Shown here one piece after another: positions 52,555-64,000 of a DNA stretch of 64,000 bases (positions are counted from its first letter, which is position 1; each line of letters begins with the position of its first letter). Origin of the DNA: Cetorhinus maximus. Taxonomy: Eukaryota. The translations under genes were made by a program, and so were the position numbers. The DNA is taken from contig NC_135900.1 of assembly GCF_964194155.1 (NCBI RefSeq), positions 71,238,001-71,302,000 on the forward strand. The letters are read 5' to 3'. The notes under the pieces were generated by a model. It saw nothing but the letters and a program-made list of their open reading frames with translations, was not told where the DNA came from and did not search any database.

Positions 52555-55500
52555 ACAGTCAGTAAGGAGCTTGCGAGGAGACAGGTGATTATCCCGGAGT
52601 GAGACGGAGACTGAGTGAGTAGCGAATTAGGTTCACGTGGTAAGTTTTGGTAAGTCCTTTTCCGGTTTTAACTATAGATCAAGAATCAACATCTGACATA
52701 TTACAGACCTTCAAGTAAGTTAGGTTGGCTTGTTAAACAGAGAACTCCCTGGAATGGCAGTTATCTATCAAACACCTGAAAGCAGCTCGTTCAAGTGGTG
52801 TTAATTACTGTAGCAGGAAGCAAAACTAGTTAGTGAGTTATCAGGAGGTCTATAAAAGAGACAAGCTTTTCAAACCGCACAGTCAGTAAGGAGAGCACGA
52901 GGCGACTATGCCGGAGTGAGATGGAGACTCCTAGGTCTGCGTAGGAATTCAGTACGGGGGCGGGGGCAGGCAAAGAGGTGTGGTACACATAGAAATTATT
53001 CTAAATTGAGTAACTGAATTAACTAACAATGGCAGGAAAGGTGTTATGCTGCAACTGTGGAATGTGGGGTCTTTTGGACCCCAAGGTGATCCAGGACAGA
53101 CACGTCTGCAGAAAGTGTAAGCAGCAAGAGGAATTCCAGATCAGGATTATTGGTCTGGAAGCCGAACTGCAGACACTGCGGAACATACGGGAGGGGTAGA
53201 AATACCTGGACACTTTGTTCCAGAGGATGGTCATGCCTCTTAGAATAGGGTCATCAGTTTTGGTCAGCAGTGAGGGACAGGAGGATGTGATCGTGAGTGA
53301 GGCAGGTAATGGGACAGAGCAGACAGTAGTGGAGGAGCTTGAAACTTTGCAATTGTCAAACGGGTGTGAGGTGCTCACAACCTGTGTGGATGAAAGCGAG
53401 ATCTGCAAGGCAGATGAGCAGACTGGCCATGGCACCATAGTACAGGAATCCGTTCTAGTTAGGGGAGCAAACAGGAATCTAGCGGTAGTAGGGGACAGTA
53501 TAGTGAGGGGAATTGACACTGTTCTCTGCAACAAAGAGTGAAAATCCAGAAGGCTGTGTTGCCTGCCTGGTGGCCAGGGTTTGGGACATCTGCTCAGGGC
53601 TGGAGAGGAACTTGCAGTCGGATGAGGAGGATCCAGCCATTGTGGCCCATGTCAGAACCAACAACATAGGCAGGGCAAGAAAGGAGGTTCTGTATAGTCA
53701 GTATGAAAAGCTGGGCACCAAATCAAGAAGCAGAACTTCAAAGGTAGTAATCTCTGGATTATTACCAGAGCCACGTGCAAATTTATTACCAGAGCCACGT
53801 CCAAATTGGCATAGGGCAAATGAGATTAGAGAAATAAATGCATGGCTCAAAGACTGGTGTGGGAGAAGTGGGTTCCGGTTCATGGGGCACCAGCACCAGT
53901 ACTGGGGAAAGTGGAGGCTGTACCATTGGGACAGTCCCACCTGAACTGCGCTGGGACGTCTGTTCTTGTGAATCACATAACTAGGGAAGTAGAGAGGGCT
54001 TAAAACTAAACACAGGGAGGAGGAGGGGATGGTGGTGAGGGATCAAGCTTGGGTAGATGTGGCAAATCAAGGGGTAGATTCAAAGCAGGAGACCATAATA
54101 ATATGGGAAATGAGGGTTATAGAATATCAGGAAGGGACAGAGAGATAAAACCTAAGAATACACAAAGAGTCAAGGCCAGATGTCACAAAGATATCAAAAA
54201 GACAAAACTAAAAGCTCTGTATTTGAATGCGCATAGCATTCATAACAAAGTAAATGAATTGACAGCACACATTGAAGTAATTAATATGATCTGGTAGCCA
54301 ATTTGGAGATGTGGCAGCAGGATGACAAGGATTGGGTCCTGAATATTGAGAGGTTTATGATACTCAAAAAGAATAGCAAGCTAGGTAAAGGTGGAGGGGT
54401 AGCACTGTTGATCAAGGATGGCATTGGTGCAATAGTTACAGATGACCTTGGTTCAGGAGATCAGGATGTAGAATCAGTACGGAAGGAAATGGGGAATAGT
54501 AGGGGAAGGAAGTCAATAGTGGGAGCCCCCAAACAGTAACCACAATGTAGGACAAAGCACGCAAGAAGAAATATTGGGTGCCTGTGACAAAGGGGCAGCA
54601 ATAATCACAGGAGATTTTAATCTACATATAAACTGGAAAAATCAGATTGGCAGTAGTAGCCTGGATGAGGAGTTCACAGAATGCTTTCAAGATAGTTTCT
54701 TAGAGCAGCATGTTCCGGAACCAACTAGAGAGCAGGTTATATTAGACTTGGCATTGTGTAACGTGACAGGATTAATGAATGACCTCAGATTAATGACCTG
54801 CACACCTAAGTAGCAGCGACTACTATATGATTGAATTTTACCTCAGTTTGAAAGGAAGAAGAGTGGGTCTAAGACTAGTATCTTGAACTTAAATAAGGGC
54901 AACTAGGTGGGCATGAAAGCTGAGCTAGCTGAAGTGAACTGGGATACTAGGCTAGGGGATAGATCAATAGAGAAGCAGTGGCAGACATTTAAGGAGATGT
55001 TTCAGAATAGTCAGAATAAGTATATTCCTACTATAAAGAAAAATTGTAAGGCCACTATCCATGGTTAACTAAAGATAAGGAAAACATCAAACTTAAGGAG
55101 AAAGCATATAACTGCGTAAACATGAGTGGCAGGTCAATGATTAGTCAGGTCAATGATTGGTCAGAATATAAAGAACAGCAGAGAATGACGAAAAGGTTAA
55201 TCAGGAGAAAGAAATTAGAGTACGACAGGAAGCTAGCTAGAAATATGAAAATGGATAGCAAGACTTCCTATAGGTATTTCAAAAGCAAGAGTAAGCAAAG
55301 TGAGCGTTGGTCCTCTAGAGAGTGACAGTGGGGAGTTAATAGTGGATAACAAGGAAATACGCATGAATGAACAAATATTTTGCTTCTGTCTTCACTATAG
55401 AGAATACATAAAACATTCCAGTAATGGCTATAAATCAGCAAGTGGAAGGGAGAGGGGAACTTGGTGAAATTACAATCACTCAGGAAGCGGTACTGAGCAA

Positions 55501-57083
55501 ATTGATGGAGCTGCGGGCCGACACATCTCTGGGTCCTGATGGTCTTTGTCCCAGGGTCTTAAAGGAGGTGACTAATGAGGTAGTAGATGCGTTGGTGTTA
55601 ATTTTCCAAAATTCGCTAATTCTGGAAAAGTTCCACCAGACTGGAAAGTAGCAAATATAACTCCTCTGTGCAAGAAGGGAGGGACACACAAAACCAGGAA
55701 ACTATAGGCCAGTTAGTTTGACATCTGTTATGGGGAAGGTGCTAGAATCGATCATTAAGGAGGTTATAACTGGGCCATTTAAGAGAAACTCAAGGTAATT
55801 GGGAAGAGTCAGCATGGTTTTGAATGGTAAATCATGTTTAACCAACTTATTAGAGTTCTTTGAAGGAGTAACATGCGCCATGGATAAAAGGGTGCCTGTA
55901 AACGTACTGTACTTGGATTTCCACAAGGCATGTGATAAGGGGCCACATTAAAAGCTATTGCGGAAAATAAAACATCGGTGTAGGGGATAACATATTAGTA
56001 TGGTTAGAAGATTGGCTGGCTGGCAGAAAACAGAACATGCATAACGGGGTCTTTTTCTGATTGGTGGGATGTGACGAGTGGAGTCCCGCAGTGGTCTGAG
56101 CTGGGGCCTCAACTTTTTACAATTTATATCAATGATTTATATGGGGAGAGTGAAGGCATGGTAGCTAAATTTACAGATGACAAAAAAGATAGGTAGGAAA
56201 GTATGTTGTGTAAGAGGGCTTAAGGAGGTTGCAGACAGATATAGGTAGGTTGAGTGTGTGGGCAAAAATCTGGCAGATGGAGTATAACGTAAGAAAATGT
56301 GAAGTTGTTCACTTTGACAGGAAGAATAAAAAAGCAAAGTGTTACTTAAACGGAGAACAGCTGCAGAATTTAGAAGTGCAGAGGGAGCTCTGGGTACTCT
56401 TGTGCATGAGTCACAAAAAGTTAATCTACGGGTACAGCAAGTCATTAAGGCGGCTATTGGAATGCTATCTTTATTACGAGAGCAATTAAGCATAAAAGTA
56501 AGGATGTTATGCTTCATTTCATACAGGGCATTGGTGAGACCACATTTTGAATATTGTGTGCAGTTTTGGGTCTCCTTATTTAAGGATGTAAATGTGTTGG
56601 AGGCGGTTCAGAGGTGGTTTACTAGATTGATACCTAGAATGAGCAGGTTGTCTCATGATGAAAGGTGAGACAGACTGGGCTTGTTTCCACTGGAGTTTAG
56701 AAGAGTGAGGAGTGACTTGATTGAAGTATATAAGACAAGGTGGACGTGGAAAGGATGTTGGCTCTGGTGGGTGACTCCAGAACTAAGGGGCACTGTTTAA
56801 AAATTAGGGGTTGCCCTTTTCAGACGGAGATGAGGAGAAATTTTTTCTGAGGGTTGTGAGACTTTGGAATTCTCTGCCTCAGAAGGCAGTGGAGGCGGGG
56901 TCATTGAATATATTTAAGGCAGAGGTAGATTGATTCCCTTCCCTAATGAGAATCTAAGCTTATCTAAGGTAGATGGGAATGTGGAATTCAAAACAGAAAC
57001 AGATCAGCCATGATCTTGTTGAATGGTGGAACATGCTCGAGGGGCCAAATGGTCACTTCTGCTCCTATTTCTTATGTTCGTAT
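52555..57083 (+). mobile_element. Near full-length decayed CR1 LINE with duplicated 5'UTR monomer
   Basis: ORF1 CCNCGMW...VCRKCK, VVGDSIVRG and AHVRTNNIG; ORF2 LYLNAHSI, GGGVALLIK, GDFNL, GPDGLCPRVLKE, AKFTDD and RPHFEYCVQFW. Confidence 0.92.
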
Positions 57084-57355
57084 AATGGCCTGGATTTTGC
57101 AGTCAGCAATGAAGCGCTGGTTTTCACCACTGACCACGCTGAAAAATGCGAACTTACCTAGTTTGTTAGCTAGTGAGAATTTCAAATCTCGTGCAGCATG
57201 GTCCACCGACGAGAGCGACTACGAGATGCCTTGCAGCAAGGTGTATTCCCAGTGAAGCCACGCCCCTAATTTCATCACAAGCTGAAGACCCTTGAGGTCA
57301 GTCTTCAGCTCAGAGGCAGGTGAGTGTTCTGCAGACTTAAATACTTTTAAACACT

Positions 57356-58263
57356 TGTTAGAATCATATGTCTTTGATTGGATTTTACTTATTATTATAT
57401 GGACATTGGAGGCTGCATGAGAATTTTTTTTTAAAGAAGGATCATAAGTTCACCTTAGACCTGTCAACAAGCAGGCCTCTTCCAAGCAATCACCCGAGCT
57501 ATATGGTGCTTGAGAAGTTGTTTGTTGTTTTGAACTTCTAAGTACTTTAATAAAATGCTGGAAGACAAAAAGGCAATCATGTGGCGGAGGCAAACCTTAA
57601 GTTTGAAACTGTGGTTTTTGATTTTTCTTGTTGGGGAAAGGCTGACAACAGGAGGCTACCCAGACTAGCGCTCTCTCTGCTTTGTGAAACCATCTGTGAT
57701 TCTCTATCTGTAGCCAAATAATCCTCATCAGAGTGTAGTTTGTCTGCATAATTTTGGACTTGCTAGCTGAGACAGGAAGAATTGGTCCAGCTATACTCTC
57801 CTCCATGCTGAAGCATCTTTGGTGAACTTACCAACATCCACTGGGCCAAGCAGCACGTCTTCACCCGAGGGAACTTCAGACTGACAACATTGACCCTCCG
57901 TGAGCTTTAATTTTTTTCCCCTTCCTCAAAGTATTTTTCCATCCCCCTGACTGTGTATGTGTCTGTGTGTGTGTAGGCATGAGCACTGGGGAAATTTAAA
58001 AGGGTTAGTTAATTACACTTCCAGATTACAACCTTGTGTCAACCAGTTCTCGAAACTTGTTTAAAAGGAGTTTTGTTTATAATAAATTAATCATAATTTT
58101 TTTTGAAAGAGGCCTGGTCAGAGTCTCTTTTCTTCTGGGTACTAGAAGTATAGTTAAACAATTGGCCATTTCAATGAGAAAATTAAACATTTAAATTAAT
58201 GGTGCAGCCCGCGGAGTAGTGGGGCTTGATAATTTGCACATTCCTCCCATCCCAGTCGTAACA
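57356..58263 (+). mobile_element. Solo LTR (908 bp) with 4-bp TSD CACT
   Basis: cact|TGTTAGA...TCGTAACA|cact with short terminal inverted repeat TGTTA/TAACA. AATAAA at 58081. Confidence 0.85.
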
Positions 58264-59094
58264 CACTTCAACAAACGTTAATTGCTCAGTGACTTCCCCC
58301 ACTCAGAGAAAAGAGCAAATGGTGTATCCATAAAATAAGTTGAGACCCCATCTCATGCTAGTCACATATGGATCTCCCTCCCTTTCTCTTATTCTGGAAC
58401 TACACTGAAACTGGAGTGATTCACAAGTTTCTTCCCCATCCCACCATTCTTCAAACATGTATAAAATGGATGAGCATAAACTAGGATTTAATATCTTCAT
58501 TACAGTACTAACACCAAATGCTGTCAAAAATAACACATTTGGAATCCTTCAATTTGGAATTTGCCTAAGACTTCATTGTCCACCTTGGATGTCTTGTTCT
58601 TAAATAAGTAAATCAAGTGACTATTCAGTCTGACATAACACAACCTCTTTATACATTGTACAAAGCCCTTTGTATGCTTCATAGTTACTGGCTGAACTGA
58701 GCAAGAAGCTTCTATAGTTATATCTTCAGTGCAACACTGACCAATAATCCTTTTTTCTGACTGAAAATGGAAAATGGTTTCTGAGAAATCAACTCTCCTG
58801 TCTTAGGATGAACACCACTGTGATCAAGTCTTGGGATTTTAATGTAATTAGACATTTGACATATTACCCATTTAAAATATGAACTACTTTTCTATTTGAT
58901 ACAGAGGGAATTCAGGTATATGTTTATTTTATATGGTTATTATAACTGAAGGCCTAGTACCAGCCTAAAATTCCTTAATTTGTGTCTCAGTATTTTACTA
59001 CTAGATGCAATACAGAAAACTATAGATTAAACTATTTAGCAGATTTACTGATTTTGTTAGTATGGTGTTTTAATAGTTAACAAGAATGCTGGAA

Positions 59095-61992
59095 TTAAAT
59101 CGGACGGACCACCTGGCATCAACCTAGGCACCAGAAACGACAACAGCAAACCCAACCCTGTCGACCCTGCAAACCCCCTCCTTAGGAACATTGGGGGCCT
59201 TGTGCTGAAATTGGGAGAGCTGTCTCACAGACTAGTCAGCAACATCACATTGTCATAGTAATGGAATCATATCTTACACATCATGTCCCAGACAGCACCA
59301 TCACCATGCCTGGGTATGTCCTGTCCCACCAGCAGCAGAGGTGGCGGCACAGTGGTATACAGCCAGGAGGGAGTTGCCTGGGAGTCCTCAACATCAACTC
59401 CGGGCCCCATGAAGTCTCATAGCACCAGGCCAAATGTGGACAAGGAAACCTACTCCTCATTACCATGTACCGTACCCCACTCCCCTCCCTCAGCTGATGA
59501 ATCAGTACTCATCCATGTTAAACACCATTTGAAAGAAGCACTGAGGGTAGCAAGGGTGTAGAATGTACTCCGGGTGGGGGACTAGAATGTCCATCACCAA
59601 GAGTGGCTCAGAAGCACCACCACAGACCAAGCTTGCCAAATCCTAAAAGACATAGCTGCTAGACTGGGTCTGTGGCAGGTGACGAAGGAACTTACAAGAG
59701 GGAAAAAACATACTTGGCCTCATCCTCACCAACCTGCCTGTCACAGATGCATCTGTCCACGACAGTATCGGTAGGAGTGACCACCGCACAGGCCTTGTGG
59801 AGACGAAGTCCCGTCTTCACATTGAGGATACCCTCAATAGTGTTGTGTGACACTTCCACCATGCTAAATGGGATAGATTTCGAACAGATCTAGCAACTCA
59901 AGTCTGGGCATCCATGAGGCACTGTGGGACATCAGCAGCAGCAAAATCGTACTCAACCACAATCTGTAACCTCATGGCTCAGCATACCTCTACCATTACC
60001 ACCAAGGCAGAGAATCAACCGTGGTTCAATGAAAAGTGCAGGAGGGCATGCCAGGAGCTGCACCAGGTATACCTAAAAATAAGGTGTCAACCTGGTGAAG
60101 CTACGACACAGGAACTACTTCTGTGCCAAACAGCATAAGCAGCAAGTGATAGACAGAGTTAAGTGATTCCACAACCAACAGATCAGATCTAAGCTCGACA
60201 GCCTGCCATATCCAGTCGTGAATGGTGATGGACATGAAGCAATCCACTGGAGGAGAAGGCTTCACAAATATCCCCATCCTCAATGATGGAGGAGTCCAGC
60301 ACATCAGTACAAAAGATAAGGCTGAAGCATTTGCAACAGTCAGAAGTGCCAAGTGGACGGTTCATCTTGGCCTTCTCCAGAGGTCCCCGACATCACAAAT
60401 ATCAGTCTTCAGACAATTTGATTCACTCCACGTGATATCAAGAAACAGCTGAAGGGACTGGATGCTGCAAAGGCTATGGGTTCTAACAATATTCCAGCAA
60501 CAGTACTGAAGACTTGTGCTCCAGAACGTGCGAGGCCCCTAGCCAAGCTGTTCCAGTACAGCTACAACACTGGCATCTACCTAGCAGTACAAAAAATAGC
60601 TCAGATATGTCTTGTACACAAAAAGCAGGACAAATCCAACCTGGCCAATTAACACCCCATCAGCCTACTCTCAATCATCAGTAAAGCGGTGGAAAAGGTC
60701 ATCAACAGTGTTATCAAGCAGCACTTGCTTAGCAATAACCTGCTCACTGATGGTCAATTTGGGTTCCGCCAGGGTCACTCAGCTTCTGATATCATTACAG
60801 CCTTGGTTCAAACATGGACAAAAGAGCTGAATTCCAGAGGAGAGGTGATAATGTCTGTCCTTGACAACAAGGCTGCATTTGACCGAGTGTGGTATCAAGG
60901 AGTCCGAGCAGAACTGGAGTCAATGGGAATCAGGGGGAAAACCCTCCACTAGTTGGAATCATACCTAGCACAAAGGAAGGTGGTTGTGGCTGTTGAAGGT
61001 CAATCACCTCAGTTCCAGAACATCATTGCAGGAGTTCCTCAGGATAGTGTTCTAAGCCCAACCATCTTCAGCTGCTTCATCAATGACCTTCCTTCCATAA
61101 GGTCAGAAGTGGGGATGTTTGCTGATGATTGCACAATGTTCAGCACCATTCACGACTGCTCAGGTACTGAAGCAGTCCATGTACAAATGCAGCAAGACCT
61201 GGACAATATCCAGACTTAGGCTGACAAGTGGCAAGTAACATCTGTGCCACACAAGTGTCAGGCAATGACCATCTCGAACAAGAGAGAATCTAACCATCGT
61301 CACTTGACAGTCAATGGCATCACCATCGCTGAATCCCCCCATTGTCAACATCCTGGGGGTTATCATTGACCAGAAACTGAACTGGTCCATATAAGTACTG
61401 TGGCTACAAGAGCAGGTCAGAAGCTGGGAATCCTCCAGCAAGTAACTCACCTCCTGATGTCCCAAAGCCTGTCTACCATCTACAAGGCACAAGTCAGGAG
61501 CGTGATGGAATACTCTCCAGTTGCCTGGATCAGTGCAGCTCCAACAACACTCCAGAAGCTTGACACCATCCAGGACTAAGCAGCCCACTTGATTGGCACC
61601 ACATCCACAAACAGTCACTCCCTCCACCACAGATGAACATCGTGTACCATCTACAAGATGCACTGCGGAAACTCACCAAGGCTCCTTAGGCAGCATCTTC
61701 CAAACAACCGCTGCCATCTGGAAGGACAAGGGCAGCAGATACATAGAAACACTTCCACCTGGAAGTTTCCCTCCAAGCCACACACCATCCTGAGTTGGAA
61801 ATGTATCACCATTCCTTCAAGGTCATTGGGTCAAAATCCTGGAACTCCCTCCCGAACAGCACTGTGGGTGTACCTATAGGGACTGCAGAAGTTCAAGAAG
61901 GCAGCTCACACCACCCTCTCAAGGGCAGTTAGGAATGGGCAATAAACGTTGGCCTAGCCAGCGATGCCCACACCCCATAAATGAATAAAAAA
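59095..61992 (+). mobile_element. Decayed APE-RT LINE ORF2 (CR1/L2/Jockey supergroup, distinct from the other CR1s), the partner of the local SINE
   Basis: RGGGTVVY, QFGFRQGHS, DNKAAFDRVW, AGVPQDSVLSPTIFSCFINDLP and MFADD. The 3' tail is shared with the SINEs. Confidence 0.9.
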
Positions 61993-62185
61993 TGTAATTG
62001 ATATATTTGTTGAGAGTGCATGTTCATTATCAATGAGATAAGCAATAATGTGGTTCATCGCCTACTTTCAGGCTCAGCTGGTCAATGGACAAGGGAATGA
62101 TATAATGCTGTGTAATTAAGACACAATCCATCAGGAAGGTGGTTTGTAACGAATCACGAGGTCAAAACATCCCAGAAGTGTTTTA

Positions 62186-62480
62186 AAAGCAAAAAACTGC
62201 GGATGCTGGAAATCCAAAACAAAAACAAAAATACCTGGAAAAACTCAGCAGGTCTGGCAGCATCTGCGGAGAGGAGCACAGTTAACGTTTCGAGTCCGCA
62301 TGACTCTTCAACAGAACTAAGGAAAAATAGAAAAGAGGTGAAATATAAGCTGGTTTAAGGGGGGGGTGGGACAAGAAGAGCTGGATAGAGGGCCAGTGAT
62401 AGGTGGAGATAACCAAAAGATGTCACAGACAAAAGGACAAAGAGGTGTTGATGGTGCTGATATTATCTAAAGGAATGTTC
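62186..62480 (-). mobile_element. Penelope-like element terminal (pLTR/3') fragment
   Basis: Similar to 63545-63675 and contains a minimal hammerhead motif. The family call is from recalled fish/shark PLE end sequences. Confidence 0.65.
62280..62318 (-). ncRNA. Minimal type I hammerhead ribozyme motif (core variant, probably inactive)
   Basis: Minus strand reads AGTT-CTGTTGA-A-GAGTC-ATGCG-GACTC-GAAA-CGTT-AACT. This gives stem I AGTT/AACT, stem II GAGTC/GACTC and a loopless palindromic stem III ACGT. The core is CUGUUGA instead of CUGANGA. Confidence 0.65.
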
Positions 62481-63544
62481 ACCAATGGTAAGCCTGATGT
62501 TTACTAACAGTTTGTTGTTTTACTGAATTTGGTCCATTTTGAACATTGTAGAGAAGTTACAAGCAGTTTGACTATTCATAAATGCCCTGCACACTACCCC
62601 AGCTATCAATAATGGCTGTACTCCATTGATATAACAAGATATAAACATCACATTGCTTCTTCCCCTCTCACCAAACACACATGTTCAAAGGGAGTGTATT
62701 ATCATTTTGACTGTAACTGGAAGTGGAGAAAATGGTTTTGAATCTCGCAAACTTGAAAACAATTCTAAGTTTTAACATGTCCAATGTCTATTTTCTGGTA
62801 TCTTGAAAAATATAATTGCACTTGTAGAATTTTTAAAAATGTAAACTTCTGTTCAGTCATGCTTTTTAGGAGGAGATGGGGAGTGGGGGGGAGGCTGGAA
62901 AAATTGATCCAAGAAATCAACGTTTAGAATCCAGCATAAGCTCGATATCCTCTAAAAGCCAATCCACCCCAGCTCACTTTATGCCTACTAATATCAGCGC
63001 TAATTTAAAGAGCGTTAAATCCAGCATTCCTTGTGGGCATGTCAGCCAACTTCTCGCAGTAAAGGTATCTGCCACTTTTAGAGAGCAGCTCATCAGGACC
63101 ATCAGTGGAGGTTCCAGAGGAGCTCACTTACAAGCACACAGCTTCCTGTTTTCGGCGCAAGTGTGCACATGCTGGAAGTTACAATGCCATTTCGACCCTC
63201 AATAACGATGTCTCAATGTTCGTCACTATTGAGGTCGTCTGGGCCATTAAGGTAGGTGACAAGCTATCTTAAGGAAGAGTCCTAAAGGAGGGGAGAGGCC
63301 AAAAGATTTAGGGAGGAAATTCCACAGAGCTCAGGCCGAGGTAACTAAAGGCATGGTGAAGCGCGGACATTATGAATTTAATAAAACTGGGTAACTTGTA
63401 AGTTAACAACAGGAAGATAGCCATGAAATTGCAGAATGTTAGATAAACTCGATTGGTTCTCGAATGTACTTCAGCAATATGAACCTTACAGGCCCTTGGT
63501 CCTACACCAAGGATTGACTCTTAATGAACTTGGGACAATTAGGT

Positions 63545-63756
63545 TAAAAGCAAAATACTGCGGTTACTGGAAATCTGAAACAAAAACAGAAAATGCTGGA
63601 AAAACTCAGCAGATCTAACAGCATCTGTGGAGAGAAAAACAGAGTTAATGTTTCGAGTCCGTATGACTCTTCAGAGGCTCAAAACATTAACTCTGTTTTT
63701 CTCTCCACAGATGCTGTTAGAACTGCTGAGTTTTTCCAGCATTTTCTGTTTTTGTT
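63545..63756. mobile_element. Penelope-like end forming a long inverted repeat (79-bp arms, 20-nt spacer) with flanking direct repeat
   Basis: Arms 63579-63657 and 63678-63756 pair at 77/79 positions by my count. TTGGGACAATTA occurs at 63530-63541 and 63755-63766. It is inserted in a SINE tail. Confidence 0.8.
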
Positions 63757-64000
63757 GGGACAATTAAGGATGGACAATGAATACTGTCTTGCCAATGCCA
63801 TCCACCTTCTAAAAACAAAATAAAAATAAACTCAAGGATCTTTGATGGGCGAAAGTATGCAGCACTAATGTTAGGGTTGGGAAGGAATATCAAGCAAGAA
63901 TGAAAAACAAGAAAGTACAGTGTGCTTCTAAACAGTATTACATCATAATTGTCTATTTATGAGGCGATGAGTTTGATTAACTGCACAAAGGTTCCCAGTG

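Noticed and set aside
57280-57310. 10-bp inverted repeat AGCTGAAGAC/GTCTTCAGCT containing CTGAAGA
   Set aside because: There is no GAAA half or three-stem topology, so it is not a hammerhead, and it is too short to call otherwise.
51702-64000. KIAA1549 first exon or promoter
   Set aside because: I saw no CpG island or signal-peptide exon with a phase-1 donor.

Overview
This is eukaryotic, repeat-rich DNA. The repeat repertoire (CR1 LINEs with esterase ORF1, tRNA-headed SINEs, Penelope-like ends) suggests a cartilaginous fish, which is an inference. The window lies inside one minus-strand gene, a KIAA1549 (UPF0606) orthologue. Three consecutive coding exons can be reconstructed with canonical, phase-compatible splice sites: 51701-49338 (2364 bp, Ser/Thr/Pro-rich ectodomain), 41054-40963 (92 bp) and 9956-9779 (178 bp). 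I could not find the first exon or the downstream exons in the window. The introns are mostly decayed transposons: several near-full-length and nested CR1 LINEs, RTE and L2 LINEs, a second LINE family with a partner SINE, a pogo/POGK-like DNA transposon, a Harbinger remnant, two solo LTRs with 4-bp TSDs plus an LTR fragment, and two Penelope-like ends carrying minimal hammerhead-ribozyme motifs (one as a 79-bp-arm palindrome). There is a 200-N assembly gap at 25180-25379. I found no intact transposon ORF and no convincing new biological system. The best curiosities are the Penelope hammerhead/palindrome, a tailless tRNA-like insertion with target-templated filler, and a candidate GAG-attachment site in KIAA1549. 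Family assignments are from recalled motifs, not database searches, and repeat boundaries are approximate unless a TSD is quoted.
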